DNA of 46,698 nt from Frankiaceae bacterium (lineage in GTDB: Bacteria; Actinomycetota; Actinomycetes; JADGOV01): assembly GCA_040002735.1 (NCBI GenBank), contig JBDUDX010000093.1, positions 1 through 46,698 on the forward strand. The letters are read 5' to 3'. Under the pieces are notes generated by a model. It ran no database searches, was not told where the DNA came from, and worked only from the letters and a program-made list of their open reading frames with translations. The number at the start of each line of letters is the position of its first letter. Positions within the stretch are counted from its first letter, which is position 1. This document shows, one piece after another, positions 25,852 through 33,777 of the stretch. Made by a program: the position numbers and the translations under genes.

Positions 25852-26736
25852 ATGTCCGTGTCCGCGTTCGTCCGGTTGCTGTTGTTGGCCGCGATCTGGG
25901 GCTGCAGCTTCCTCTTCATCAAGGTCGCTCTCGAAGGGCTGGCCCCGACCCAGATCGTGCTCGGCCGGATCACCCTCGGGGCCGCAACCCTGGCCGTCAT
26001 CGTCGCCGTCCGGCACGGCCGGATGCCCCGGGACCTCACGACCTGGGCGCATCTCGCCTTTGTCAGCGTCCTGAACAACCTGCTGCCGTTCTTCCTCTTC
26101 GCCTGGGGTGAGCAGCGGGTCGCGTCCAGCCTGGCCGGGATCTACAACGCGACGACGCCCCTGTTCACACTCCTGGTGGCCATGGCGGCCCTCCCTGCGG
26201 AACGCCCCACGCGGGCCCGCTTCGCTGGCATCGCCCTGGGCTTCCTCGGCGTGGTGGTGGTACTGGCACCGTGGCGCGGAGTCGCCGGCTCGTCCCTCAC
26301 CGGCCAGCTGGCCTGCCTGACGGCGGGTGGCTGCTACGGATTCGGCATTGTCTACACCCGGCGGTTCCTCTCCGGCCGGGGGCACGCGCCCCTGGTTCTC
26401 GCCGCCGGTCAGCTGATCTGCTCATCGGCCATCCTGCTGCTCGCCGTACCGCTGTGGGTCGGCCACGCACCGAGGCTCGCTCCGTCGGTGGTGGCGTCGA
26501 TCCTGGCACTCGGCATCCTCGGCACCGGCATCGCGTACCTGATCTTCTACCGCCTGATCGGGGAGATCGGAGCCACCAGCGCCTCCACCGTCACCTACGT
26601 CATACCGCTGATCGCGGTAGCGCTCGGGGTGGTCGCCCTCGGCGAGCACATTGGCTGGAACGACTTCGCGGGCGCGGCGGTGGTGGTGGCGGGTATCGCC
26701 GTCGCCGAAGGTCGGTTGGTCCGGCGCCGTCTGTAG
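25852..26736 (+). CDS. EamA/DMT-superfamily transporter
   Basis: Two EamA halves (LLLLAAIWGCSFLFIKVAL...; ILALGILGTGIAYLIFYRLI...TYVIPLIAVALGVVALGE), about 10 TM segments. ATG 25852 is preferred; the track start at 25783 is an alternative. Confidence 0.8.
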   Translation: MSVSAFVRLLLLAAIWGCSFLFIKVALEGLAPTQIVLGRITLGAATLAVIVAVRHGRMPRDLTTWAHLAFVSVLNNLLPFFLFAWGEQRVASSLAGIYNATTPLFTLLVAMAALPAERPTRARFAGIALGFLGVVVVLAPWRGVAGSSLTGQLACLTAGGCYGFGIVYTRRFLSGRGHAPLVLAAGQLICSSAILLLAVPLWVGHAPRLAPSVVASILALGILGTGIAYLIFYRLIGEIGATSASTVTYVIPLIAVALGVVALGEHIGWNDFAGAAVVVAGIAVAEGRLVRRRL

Positions 26737-27042
26737 GCCCACCGTGCGGGCGGGCGGGGAGTTGGGCCGATGAAGCCATTTCCCACAAGAACGGCACCGC
26801 TACCGGCTACGTTGTGATCAACAACACCTGCAACCGACTGCCCGGGGGGGTCCCAGCACCGGCCCCAAACCGCGGCGAGTTCTGCTCGGCGGGTACGCCT
26901 CCAGGAGCAGCGCGGCTGCATTCTCCGAAACTGGGCCGCGCCCCAATAGGCCGGTTGGCCCTGCAGCCGGGCAATGCGCCGCCGATAACACCGAAGCCGG
27001 TGGTCCATACCCCCGCGCAAGCCAGCTTTGAGGAGATCCGAC

Positions 27043-29151
27043 ATGCCGGTGTACCGACCCGTCGTACTCGCCGGTGGCCTGCTCGCCGGCGTGCTCAGCC
27101 TGAGTCCGGCCGCTGCCGGGGCCGCCACTGCGGGCGGCGCCGCGAGCCAGCCGGTGACGCTGCGCGGCACGTACCAGTTGCTCGTCGCCGACACCGTTGC
27201 CGGGTCCGCGTCCCCGCGGACGGCCGTCGTGCCGGCGCAGGCCGGGCACAGGTACCGCACGGAACTCCGGGTCGGTTCCCAGACCTACCACCTGCGCCTG
27301 CCGGCTGGGGTGAAGCTGCGCGGCGGGGCCGGGGTCCAGGTCACCGGCCGACTCGCCGGGGACACGCTGACGGCGACCTCCGTCGCACCGGTCGCCGCCC
27401 TGAGCGAACCGCTGGCGGCCACCACGCAGAACACCAACGTGCTGGTGATTCTCGCCCAGTGGCACGGCGCCGACACGACGACTCAGGCTTCGGCAGCCCA
27501 GCAGATGTTCACCAATTCGTCCAACTGGTACTCCACCGCCTCGCACGGCGCCCTGACCCAACACGGCGTGGTGACTCCGTGGTTGGCGATCAGGGGTCCG
27601 TCGAACGAAAAGTGCTACGCCGACAGCGACGCGATCCTGAGCCAGGCCGAATCGGCCGCCAGCCTGCGCGGGTACAACATCGGGGACTACGACCGGACGA
27701 TCGTGTATTTCCCGTACGACATCCGGCCCGGCTCGGATTGCGTCGGGCTCGCCGGTTGGGCCTACCAACCCGGATCCAAGGTGTGGATCAACGGCAACAT
27801 GAACACCCGCGCGCTGGTCCACGAGCAGGGCCACAACTACGGGCTGGCGCACGCCCACTCCTACGCCTGTCAGACCGGCGTACTGACCGGCGCCTGCACG
27901 TTCGGTGAGTACGGCGACGACTACGACGCCATGGGGGCCTCCCGGCTGATCGCCCAGTTCAGCGCCAAGCAGGAGTACCAACTCGGTTGGCTGCCGGCCA
28001 CCACGCTCACCGCAGGCGGTTCGGCGACGCTGGCGCCGCTGGAGGAACCCACCGGTATCCGCGCGATCGTGGTGCACGCCACGCCCACCCGGGACTACTG
28101 GGTGGAGTACCGCCAGCCGGTGCGTGACGACGTAAACCTGCCGATCGGGGCAACCAACGGCGTACTGATCCACCTGGTGGATCACACCCTCAGCTCCCAG
28201 GATGGCTACACCTACGGTCCGGCCCTGCTGGATCTCAGCCCGGCCGACCACTCGCTCACCGACGCGACCCTGAAGGCCGGCCACAGCTGGAGCACCCCGG
28301 AGGGTCTCCGGTTTGCGGTCGGCGCGGTTACCCCCAGCGCGGCGACCGTGTCAGTGGGCTCCGCACGCCCGGCCGCCGGGGACTTCACCGGCGACGGCCG
28401 CGCCGACGCGGCGGTCTACCGGCCGGGTACCGGCACCTGGTGGATCTCCGGCGGAACCGGTGGTCCGTACGGCGCCACCACCGACGTGCCGGTGCCGGCG
28501 GACTACAACGGCGACGGGCGTACCGACCTCGCCGTCTGGCGACCCTCCACCGGCGCGTGGTTCGTCCGCGGCATCGCCGCGGTTACCTGGGGCCGGAGCG
28601 GCGACATCCCGGTACCGGGGGACTACAACGGCGACGGCCGCGCGGACTTCGCGCTGTACCGGCCGAGCACCACCAGCTGGTTCATCCGGGGCGCTGCGAC
28701 GGTGAGCTACGGGGCCGCCACCGACGTGCCGGTGCCCGCGGACTACAACGGCGACGGGCGTACCGACCTCGCCGTCTGGCGACCCTCCACCGGCGCATGG
28801 TTCGTCCGCGGCGCCGCAGCGGTCACCTGGGGTCAGCGGGGTGACATCGCGGTGCCCGGGGACTACAACGGGGACCGCCGCAGTGACTTCGCCGTCTGGC
28901 GTCCGCCGGTCGGCTCCGAAAAGGGTACCTGGTTCGCCCGCGGCGGAACTGCCGTCCCGTTCGGCTCGGTCGGCGACAAGCCGAGCCCGGGTGACTTCAC
29001 CGGCGACGGCCGGACGGACCCCACGGTCTGGTCACCGCCCAGCGGAGCGTGGACCATTCTGAACGCCCCGACCTTCTCCTATGGGCTTCCCGGTGATATC
29101 CCGGTTCAGTTGCCGGCCTCGATCCGGCTCACCCAGCTGGGCAGCCGGTAG
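27043..29151 (+). CDS. Secreted metzincin-type zinc metalloprotease (gametolysin/M11-like) with six C-terminal FG-GAP/VCBS repeats
   Basis: ATG 27043 follows GAGGAG. Signal peptide (VVLAGGLLAGVLSLSPAAAGAA). Extended zinc motif HEQGHNYGLAH (HExxHxxGxxH). The C-terminus has six units of the type GDYNGDGRTDLAVWRPSTGAWFVRG. Confidence 0.75.
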   Translation: MPVYRPVVLAGGLLAGVLSLSPAAAGAATAGGAASQPVTLRGTYQLLVADTVAGSASPRTAVVPAQAGHRYRTELRVGSQTYHLRLPAGVKLRGGAGVQVTGRLAGDTLTATSVAPVAALSEPLAATTQNTNVLVILAQWHGADTTTQASAAQQMFTNSSNWYSTASHGALTQHGVVTPWLAIRGPSNEKCYADSDAILSQAESAASLRGYNIGDYDRTIVYFPYDIRPGSDCVGLAGWAYQPGSKVWINGNMNTRALVHEQGHNYGLAHAHSYACQTGVLTGACTFGEYGDDYDAMGASRLIAQFSAKQEYQLGWLPATTLTAGGSATLAPLEEPTGIRAIVVHATPTRDYWVEYRQPVRDDVNLPIGATNGVLIHLVDHTLSSQDGYTYGPALLDLSPADHSLTDATLKAGHSWSTPEGLRFAVGAVTPSAATVSVGSARPAAGDFTGDGRADAAVYRPGTGTWWISGGTGGPYGATTDVPVPADYNGDGRTDLAVWRPSTGAWFVRGIAAVTWGRSGDIPVPGDYNGDGRADFALYRPSTTSWFIRGAATVSYGAATDVPVPADYNGDGRTDLAVWRPSTGAWFVRGAAAVTWGQRGDIAVPGDYNGDRRSDFAVWRPPVGSEKGTWFARGGTAVPFGSVGDKPSPGDFTGDGRTDPTVWSPPSGAWTILNAPTFSYGLPGDIPVQLPASIRLTQLGSR
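28378..29100 (+). repeat. Six tandem ~120-bp coding repeats (FG-GAP units); units 2 and 4 are nearly identical at the DNA level
   Basis: gactacaacggcgacgg recurs at 28501, 28621, 28741 and 28861. 28474..28572 and 28714..28812 differ at 3 of 99 positions and lie exactly 240 bp apart. Confidence 0.85.
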
Positions 29152-29164
29152 CCGCCGCGGCTAG

Positions 29165-29265
29165 GCTGCGGGCATCGCGGGAGCTTGGACCGACCAGGCT
29201 GAGAGGGCGACACCACGGGTCGCCGACCGCCGGACCTGCCGGGTAATGCCGGCGTCGGGAGCCTG
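29165..29265 (+). promoter_or_regulatory. TPP (thiamine pyrophosphate) riboswitch, THI element
   Basis: Conserved cores read directly: GGGAGC...GGCUGAGAGG...ACC...GGACCUGCCGGGUAAUGCCGGCGUCGGGAGCC. It ends 3 nt before the cytX ATG, so the 3' GGGAG doubles as the Shine-Dalgarno. Confidence 0.85.
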
Positions 29266-29267
29266 GT

Positions 29268-30659
29268 ATGTCGATCGTCACCGACCGTCCCTCCCCCGCC
29301 GGTACACCGGGTGGGCAGGCGGGCACCGAGGCACCGCACACCCTGCTCCAGCCGGCGCCCCGCACGCTGAGCCTGCTGGACCAGCTCGGGTTGTGGGGGA
29401 ACCTCGGGGTCAGCCTGCTCGGCCCGGTCGGGGCGATCTACCTGCTGCAGCCGGCCGGGGTGGCGCCGCTGTCCCTGCTGGCGGCGTTCACCGCCCTGGT
29501 GCTCGGCACCGTCCTCGGCTCGCTGCTGATCGGACTGGCCGCCATTCCCGGCGCGCAAACCGGCGCCCCTTCGATGGTGCTGCTCCGGGGCCTGCTCGGC
29601 GCCCGGCTGTCCTACCTGCCGACGCTGCTCAACATGCTGCAGCTGATCGGCTGGACGGTCTTCGAGATCGTGGTGATCACCTCCGCCGCGCAGCAGTTGT
29701 TGCCCTGGCACGGCGCCCGCTGGCCGTACGTACTGATCGCCGGGCTGTTGACCATCGCAATGGCGCTGCGGCCGCTGGGCGCGGTCCGGGTACTCCGCCG
29801 GTACGCCCTGGTCGCGGTCCTGCTCGCCACCGTCTACCTCTACGCGCAGTTGCTGCGCCACCCGCTGCCCTCGGCGACGAAGGGCTCCTGGGCCGGCTTC
29901 TGGCTGGCCGCCGATGTGGCGATCGCGGTCGCGGTGTCCTGGGTACCGCTGGCGAGTGACTACAGCCGGCACTCCCGCAGCGTGCGGGGCGCCTTCCTGG
30001 GCGGCTTCGCCGGATACGCGGTCACCCAGATCGCCTACTACGCCCTCGGCCTGATCGCGCTGTCCACGGTGGTCCGGGCCAGTGCGGACGCCGGGGTGCT
30101 GCAGCACGACATGTTCGCCGCCTTCATCGCGGTACCCCTCGGCTGGCTGGCGTTCGGCGTCATCATCCTGCGGGAACTTGACCAGTCCTTCGCCGACACG
30201 TACTCCACGGTGGTCTCGATCCAGAACCTCCGGCCGAGCCTGGACCGCCGGCTGCTCGCCGTCGGGGTCGGCGGGTTGGCGACCCTGCTCGCTCTGGCGC
30301 TGAACATCGACGCGTACTACAACTTCCTGGTGCTGCTCGGGTCGGTGTTCGTACCGATGTTCGCCGTCTTCGTGGTGGACTACTTCCTGCTGCGGCGCCA
30401 CCGGCAGTGGGACGTCTCCGAGCAGGCGCCGGCGCGCTGGACGATGTTGGTGCCGTGGCTGCTGGGCTTCGCTGCGTACCAGCTGATCAACCCCGGCTAT
30501 ATCGGCTGGTGGGTCCGGGTGTGGGGCGACCTCCGGGACGCGATGGGTTGGCAGCCGACGAGCTGGATGAGCGCGTCCCTGATCTCCTACACGGTGGCCG
30601 CGCTCGCCACCCTGGCCCTGGCGCCCCTGCAGCGTCGGCTGAGCCGGGCCGGTCGATGA
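29268..30659 (+). CDS. cytX: NCS1-family hydroxymethylpyrimidine transporter (CytX-like)
   Basis: 12-TM NCS1 permease (GAPSMVLLRGLLGARLSY, WVPLASDYSRHSRS) placed between a TPP riboswitch and tenA, which is the usual CytX context. Confidence 0.75.
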   Translation: MSIVTDRPSPAGTPGGQAGTEAPHTLLQPAPRTLSLLDQLGLWGNLGVSLLGPVGAIYLLQPAGVAPLSLLAAFTALVLGTVLGSLLIGLAAIPGAQTGAPSMVLLRGLLGARLSYLPTLLNMLQLIGWTVFEIVVITSAAQQLLPWHGARWPYVLIAGLLTIAMALRPLGAVRVLRRYALVAVLLATVYLYAQLLRHPLPSATKGSWAGFWLAADVAIAVAVSWVPLASDYSRHSRSVRGAFLGGFAGYAVTQIAYYALGLIALSTVVRASADAGVLQHDMFAAFIAVPLGWLAFGVIILRELDQSFADTYSTVVSIQNLRPSLDRRLLAVGVGGLATLLALALNIDAYYNFLVLLGSVFVPMFAVFVVDYFLLRRHRQWDVSEQAPARWTMLVPWLLGFAAYQLINPGYIGWWVRVWGDLRDAMGWQPTSWMSASLISYTVAALATLALAPLQRRLSRAGR

Positions 30660-31321
30660 CGCTGCGGGAACGGCTGTGGGCCACGATGGCTCCGACGTAC
30701 GCGGAGATCCTGCGACACCCCTTCCTCGCCGGGCTCACCGACGGCTCCCTGGAGACGGATCGCTTCGCGTACTACGTCACCCAGGACGCTCGCTACCTCC
30801 TGGACTACGCCCGCGCCCTGGCGGTACTCGCCGGCAAGGCGAACGACCCGAGCCGGGTAGCGATGTTCGCCCGGCACGCGGCCGGTGCGCTGGAGGTGGA
30901 GCGGGAGCTGCACACCACATTGCTGCCGAAACTGGGTCTGGATCCGTCCGTGGTGGCCGCGGCTCAACCCGCCCCGACGACTCTGGCCTACACCAGCTAC
31001 CTGCTCGCGGTCGCCCACGACGGGGATTTCGCCGAGGGCGTCGCCGCTGTGCTGCCGTGCTACTGGATCTACGCGGAGGTCGGGGCAGCGCTGGTTGACC
31101 GGGGCTCGCCGGACCCCCGGTACACCCAGTGGATCGACACCTACGGCGGCCCGGAGTTCGCTGCGGTCGTGGCCGAGGTGCACGCCCTGGTCGATGACCT
31201 GGAGGAGGAGATCGCGGCGGCGCAGGAGGCGCGGATGCACCGGCACGTCGGTATCGCGACTCGCTACGAGTGGATGTTCTGGGAGATGGCCTGGCGCCGG
31301 GAGGATTGGCCGATACCGTAA
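30656..31321 (+). CDS. tenA: Aminopyrimidine aminohydrolase / thiaminase II (TenA family)
   Basis: From ATG 30656 (ATGA overlap with cytX): ILRHPFLAGLTDGSLETDRFAYYVTQDARYL, AAVLPCYWIYAEVG (catalytic Cys), IATRYEWMFWEMAW. Confidence 0.85.
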   Translation: MTLRERLWATMAPTYAEILRHPFLAGLTDGSLETDRFAYYVTQDARYLLDYARALAVLAGKANDPSRVAMFARHAAGALEVERELHTTLLPKLGLDPSVVAAAQPAPTTLAYTSYLLAVAHDGDFAEGVAAVLPCYWIYAEVGAALVDRGSPDPRYTQWIDTYGGPEFAAVVAEVHALVDDLEEEIAAAQEARMHRHVGIATRYEWMFWEMAWRREDWPIP

Positions 31322-31326
31322 CGCCC

Positions 31327-32127
31327 GTGGCGGGTGTCAACCGGCCGCAGGTGGTGGCGCACCGCGGCGCCTCGGAGCTGGCGCCGGAGCACACCCTGGC
31401 GGCGTACCAACAGGCCATCGACGACGGCGCCGACGCGCTGGAATGCGATGTCCGCCTGACCCGGGACGGCGTCCTGGTCTGCGTCCACGACCGCCGGGTG
31501 GATCGGACCTCCAATGGCCGCGGTGTGGTCTCCACCCTGGAACTCGCCGATCTCGCCGAGCTGGATTTCGGCCACTGGCGCGGCACCGGCGCACCCGGTG
31601 ACCGCGGCGAGGAGGAGCCCGACTGGGACCGTACCTCCGTACTCACCCTGGCTCGCCTGCTGGAGCTGGTGACCGACTCGCCGCGCCCGGTGGACCTGGC
31701 GATCGAAACCAAGCACCCCACCCGGTACGCCGGCCTCGTCGAGCGCAGCCTCACCGAGTTGCTCCGCCGCTTCGGCATGCTGAGGTCGGGTACGCCGACG
31801 CCGGCCGTTCGGGTGATGAGTTTCTCCGCGTTGGGCCTGCGCCGAGTGCATGCGCTGGCCCCCGGGCTGCCCACCGTGCTGCTCCTCGCCCGGCTCGCTC
31901 CGCAGTACCGCCTCGGCGCGCTGCCCCCTCGCGTCGACATCGCCGGGCCGTCGATATCCCTGGTACGCCGGCTTCCGCTGTACGTCGAACGACTCCACGC
32001 CGCCGGCAACGCGGTGCACGTATGGACCGTCAACGAACCGGAAGACGTCGACCTCTGCGTGGCACTGGGCGTCGACGCGATTATCACGGATCGGCCACGA
32101 CATGTGCTGGCCCAGCTCGACCGGTGA
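31327..32127 (+). CDS. Glycerophosphodiester phosphodiesterase (GDPD family)
   Basis: From GTG 31327: VVAHRGASELAPEHTLAAYQQAIDDGADALECDVRLTRDGVLVCVHD, LAIETKHP, VHVWTVNEPED, GVDAIITDRP. Confidence 0.8.
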   Translation: MAGVNRPQVVAHRGASELAPEHTLAAYQQAIDDGADALECDVRLTRDGVLVCVHDRRVDRTSNGRGVVSTLELADLAELDFGHWRGTGAPGDRGEEEPDWDRTSVLTLARLLELVTDSPRPVDLAIETKHPTRYAGLVERSLTELLRRFGMLRSGTPTPAVRVMSFSALGLRRVHALAPGLPTVLLLARLAPQYRLGALPPRVDIAGPSISLVRRLPLYVERLHAAGNAVHVWTVNEPEDVDLCVALGVDAIITDRPRHVLAQLDR

Positions 32128-32204
32128 TCGGTGCAACCGTTTGACGGCCGTTGAAGCGGGCAAACAGGTGACAGACTGCTTACCCGTTCGCAGGGAGAAT
32201 TAGC

Positions 32205-32672
32205 GTGCCCGCGTTGTCCGTACCGCATGCGCTGAGCAGCTCGCCGATGGTACGACGGAGCTTACGCGAGGAGTTGTTGGCCTGCGGCACCCCCCGCGAC
32301 GTGGTGGAGGACACCGCCCTGCTGGTGGCCGAACTGGTGGGGAATGCGCTTCGGCACGCCGATCCGCTCCCGGACGGCACCATCTCGGTCAGTTGGGACG
32401 TGGGACCCTCCGCGCTGGTGGTATCGGTGACCGACGGCGGAGCGACCACCAGCCCGGGGCTGCGGCCGATGCACGCCTTCGAGACCAGCGGCCGCGGTCT
32501 GCCGATCGTGGAGGCGCTTGCCGTCGAGTGGGGGGTCCGGCGGCGTGGTGGGTCAACCACGGTCTGGGCCACCATGCCGCTCGCTCACCTGCCGGCGGAG
32601 CCCGAGCCTCCCGTGCGTGCCGGCGCTGGGCGGCGCGCCGTCAACGGCGCTCGAGTCTCGACAGTGTCGTAG
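32205..32672 (+). CDS. RsbW/SpoIIAB-like anti-sigma-factor serine kinase (HATPase_c_2)
   Basis: LVAELVGNALRHA (N-box), SVTDGG, SGRGLPIVEALAVEWGV. No STAS or sigma gene lies next to it in this window. Confidence 0.65.
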   Translation: MPALSVPHALSSSPMVRRSLREELLACGTPRDVVEDTALLVAELVGNALRHADPLPDGTISVSWDVGPSALVVSVTDGGATTSPGLRPMHAFETSGRGLPIVEALAVEWGVRRRGGSTTVWATMPLAHLPAEPEPPVRAGAGRRAVNGARVSTVS

Positions 32673-32762
32673 AGAGGCATCCGAGCCTTCCTCATCCCAA
32701 ATGCTCAGCGGGACGGTCCTGAACGGATGTCGTGCAGAGGGACTCAACCGGGGCAGAAGCAC

Positions 32763-33041
32763 CTACGCGCTTCGCACATACTCCCGGAGTGCTCGGCGGA
32801 TCACTTCGGAGACCGTGACGCCCTCGGCTGCCGCGCGCTGCGCGGCAGCAGCTCGTAGCGCGGGCTCAAGGCGAACCGATTCGACCGACTTCGCGGCCTC
32901 ACCTAGCGGAGGGCGCCCTGGCCCGCGGCGCCGACCCTGGAGTTGACCGGGATCGTAGCCCCGCTCCGCCTCCGCGGCTAGGTCCTCGATCCTCTCATCC
33001 GTGATCGGCTCCCCGCGCTCCGTGTACCCATAGCTGCTCAT
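32763..33041 (-). CDS. Ribbon-helix-helix (CopG-like) antitoxin candidate, RHH at the C-terminus
   Basis: C-terminal SVRLEPALRAAAAQRAAAEGVTVSEVIRRALREYV is a canonical RHH. The ATG overlaps the stop of the upstream 100-aa gene (ATGA 33038..33041). Confidence 0.6.
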   Translation of the reverse strand: MSSYGYTERGEPITDERIEDLAAEAERGYDPGQLQGRRRGPGRPPLGEAAKSVESVRLEPALRAAAAQRAAAEGVTVSEVIRRALREYVRSA

Positions 33042-33340
33042 CTGCCCTCTCCTCCGAATAGCTCCCGCTCGGTGCTCCGCCGCAGCGCCATCGCGTGGAT
33101 AACCAACGCCGTGGCCCGTACCTCGATCACAACCAGCTCGAGTAGGTTGCCGGACCGATCGGGACCGACCACAAGGTAGCGCGGCGGGTCGTCGCCCAAC
33201 TCCACCCAGGTGACGGCGTGCTCGTACGCGTGAATGCTGTCCACATCCGAGACGTGATGCCGGCGCGCCGAGCGATGGATGTCCACACGCAATAAGCGTA
33301 GTACGGAAACGTCAGCCATGGCCCGCAGCAGGATCTCCAA
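33038..33340 (-). CDS. Putative toxin partner (93-100 aa) of the downstream RHH protein
   Basis: ORF 33038..33340 (alternative ATG at 33319). IHRSARRHHVSDVDSIHAYEHAV...VVGPDRSGNLLELVVIE...VIHAMALRR. Assigned by size and 4-nt coupling, not by a family I can name. Confidence 0.5.
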   Translation of the reverse strand: MEILLRAMADVSVLRLLRVDIHRSARRHHVSDVDSIHAYEHAVTWVELGDDPPRYLVVGPDRSGNLLELVVIEVRATALVIHAMALRRSTERELFGGEGR

Positions 33341-33595
33341 CTGGTGATTTGCTACTAGCGCCGAGGCAGCGCTTACGGCGCGACCGGATCAGTTGCTTCC
33401 GGTGATGAAGATCGACAAGTCGGTCCCACACCGCTGCGGGCCCAGCTTCGGTGGCAAAGGGGCGGCCTCTTTCGTCGAGTGCTGAGCGGACGTCAGTGAG
33501 CCCTGCGTCGCGGAACCCGATGACGTAACGGCTCTAGCCAGGGACGTGACTCGGTTTCCCGTTCGCATATCAGTTCGGCAACACGCCGAACCGGC

Positions 33596-33625
33596 TTGGC
33601 GCAACGAAGGTCCTCCGATTAGGCT
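33596..33625 (+). promoter_or_regulatory. Candidate sigma-70-type promoter (TTGGCG-N18-TAGGCT)
   Basis: -35-like 33596..33601 and -10-like TAnnnT 33620..33625. The predicted start falls at about 33631..33633, exactly at the foot of the hairpin below. Sequence match only. Confidence 0.25.
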
Positions 33626-33632
33626 GACTCCG

Positions 33633-33672
33633 GTCCGGGCGCTGCCGCATCCCCCGTCGGCAGCGCCCGGAC
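33633..33672 (+). other. 15-bp GC-rich stem-loop with C-rich loop (CAUCCCCCGU), in the leader of the 33778 gene or a small RNA
   Basis: ccgggcgctgccg (33635..33647) is perfectly complementary to cggcagcgcccgg (33658..33670) and extends by 2 more pairs. A second C5 run (33676..33680) follows. No ORF covers it convincingly. Confidence 0.5.
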
Positions 33673-33777
33673 TTTCCCCCACGTTTGGCGTGTCACCGTC
33701 CGCCGTGACGTTCGGTGTCTGCGGAACGCTAATCTGTGTCGGGCATCTCCCAGGTGGCGGGCCGCGAGGGGTGATAC

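Noticed and set aside
26737-27042. GTTGTGATCAACAAC-like near-palindrome in the 300-bp region upstream of the protease gene.
   Set aside because: Only the central TGATCA is truly palindromic and the flanks do not pair. This is no better than chance.
26271-27908. 545-aa plus-strand ORF spanning the EamA 3' end, the intergenic region and the protease 5' half. Similar long ORFs occur at 26818..28284, 29106..30401, 30777..32228, 33907..35433, 35499..37109, 13038..13976, 37251..37865 and 38040..38786.
   Set aside because: These are typical high-GC shadow ORFs. Their translations are Arg/Pro/Gly/Ala-rich with no motifs. Each lies antisense to or out of frame with a gene that has clear family similarity and the strong third-position G/C bias.
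28378-29100. A regular 120-bp periodic repeat that could be mistaken for a CRISPR-like array.
   Set aside because: It lies inside a continuous reading frame encoding FG-GAP units. The 'spacers' are also conserved protein sequence, and there are no cas genes.
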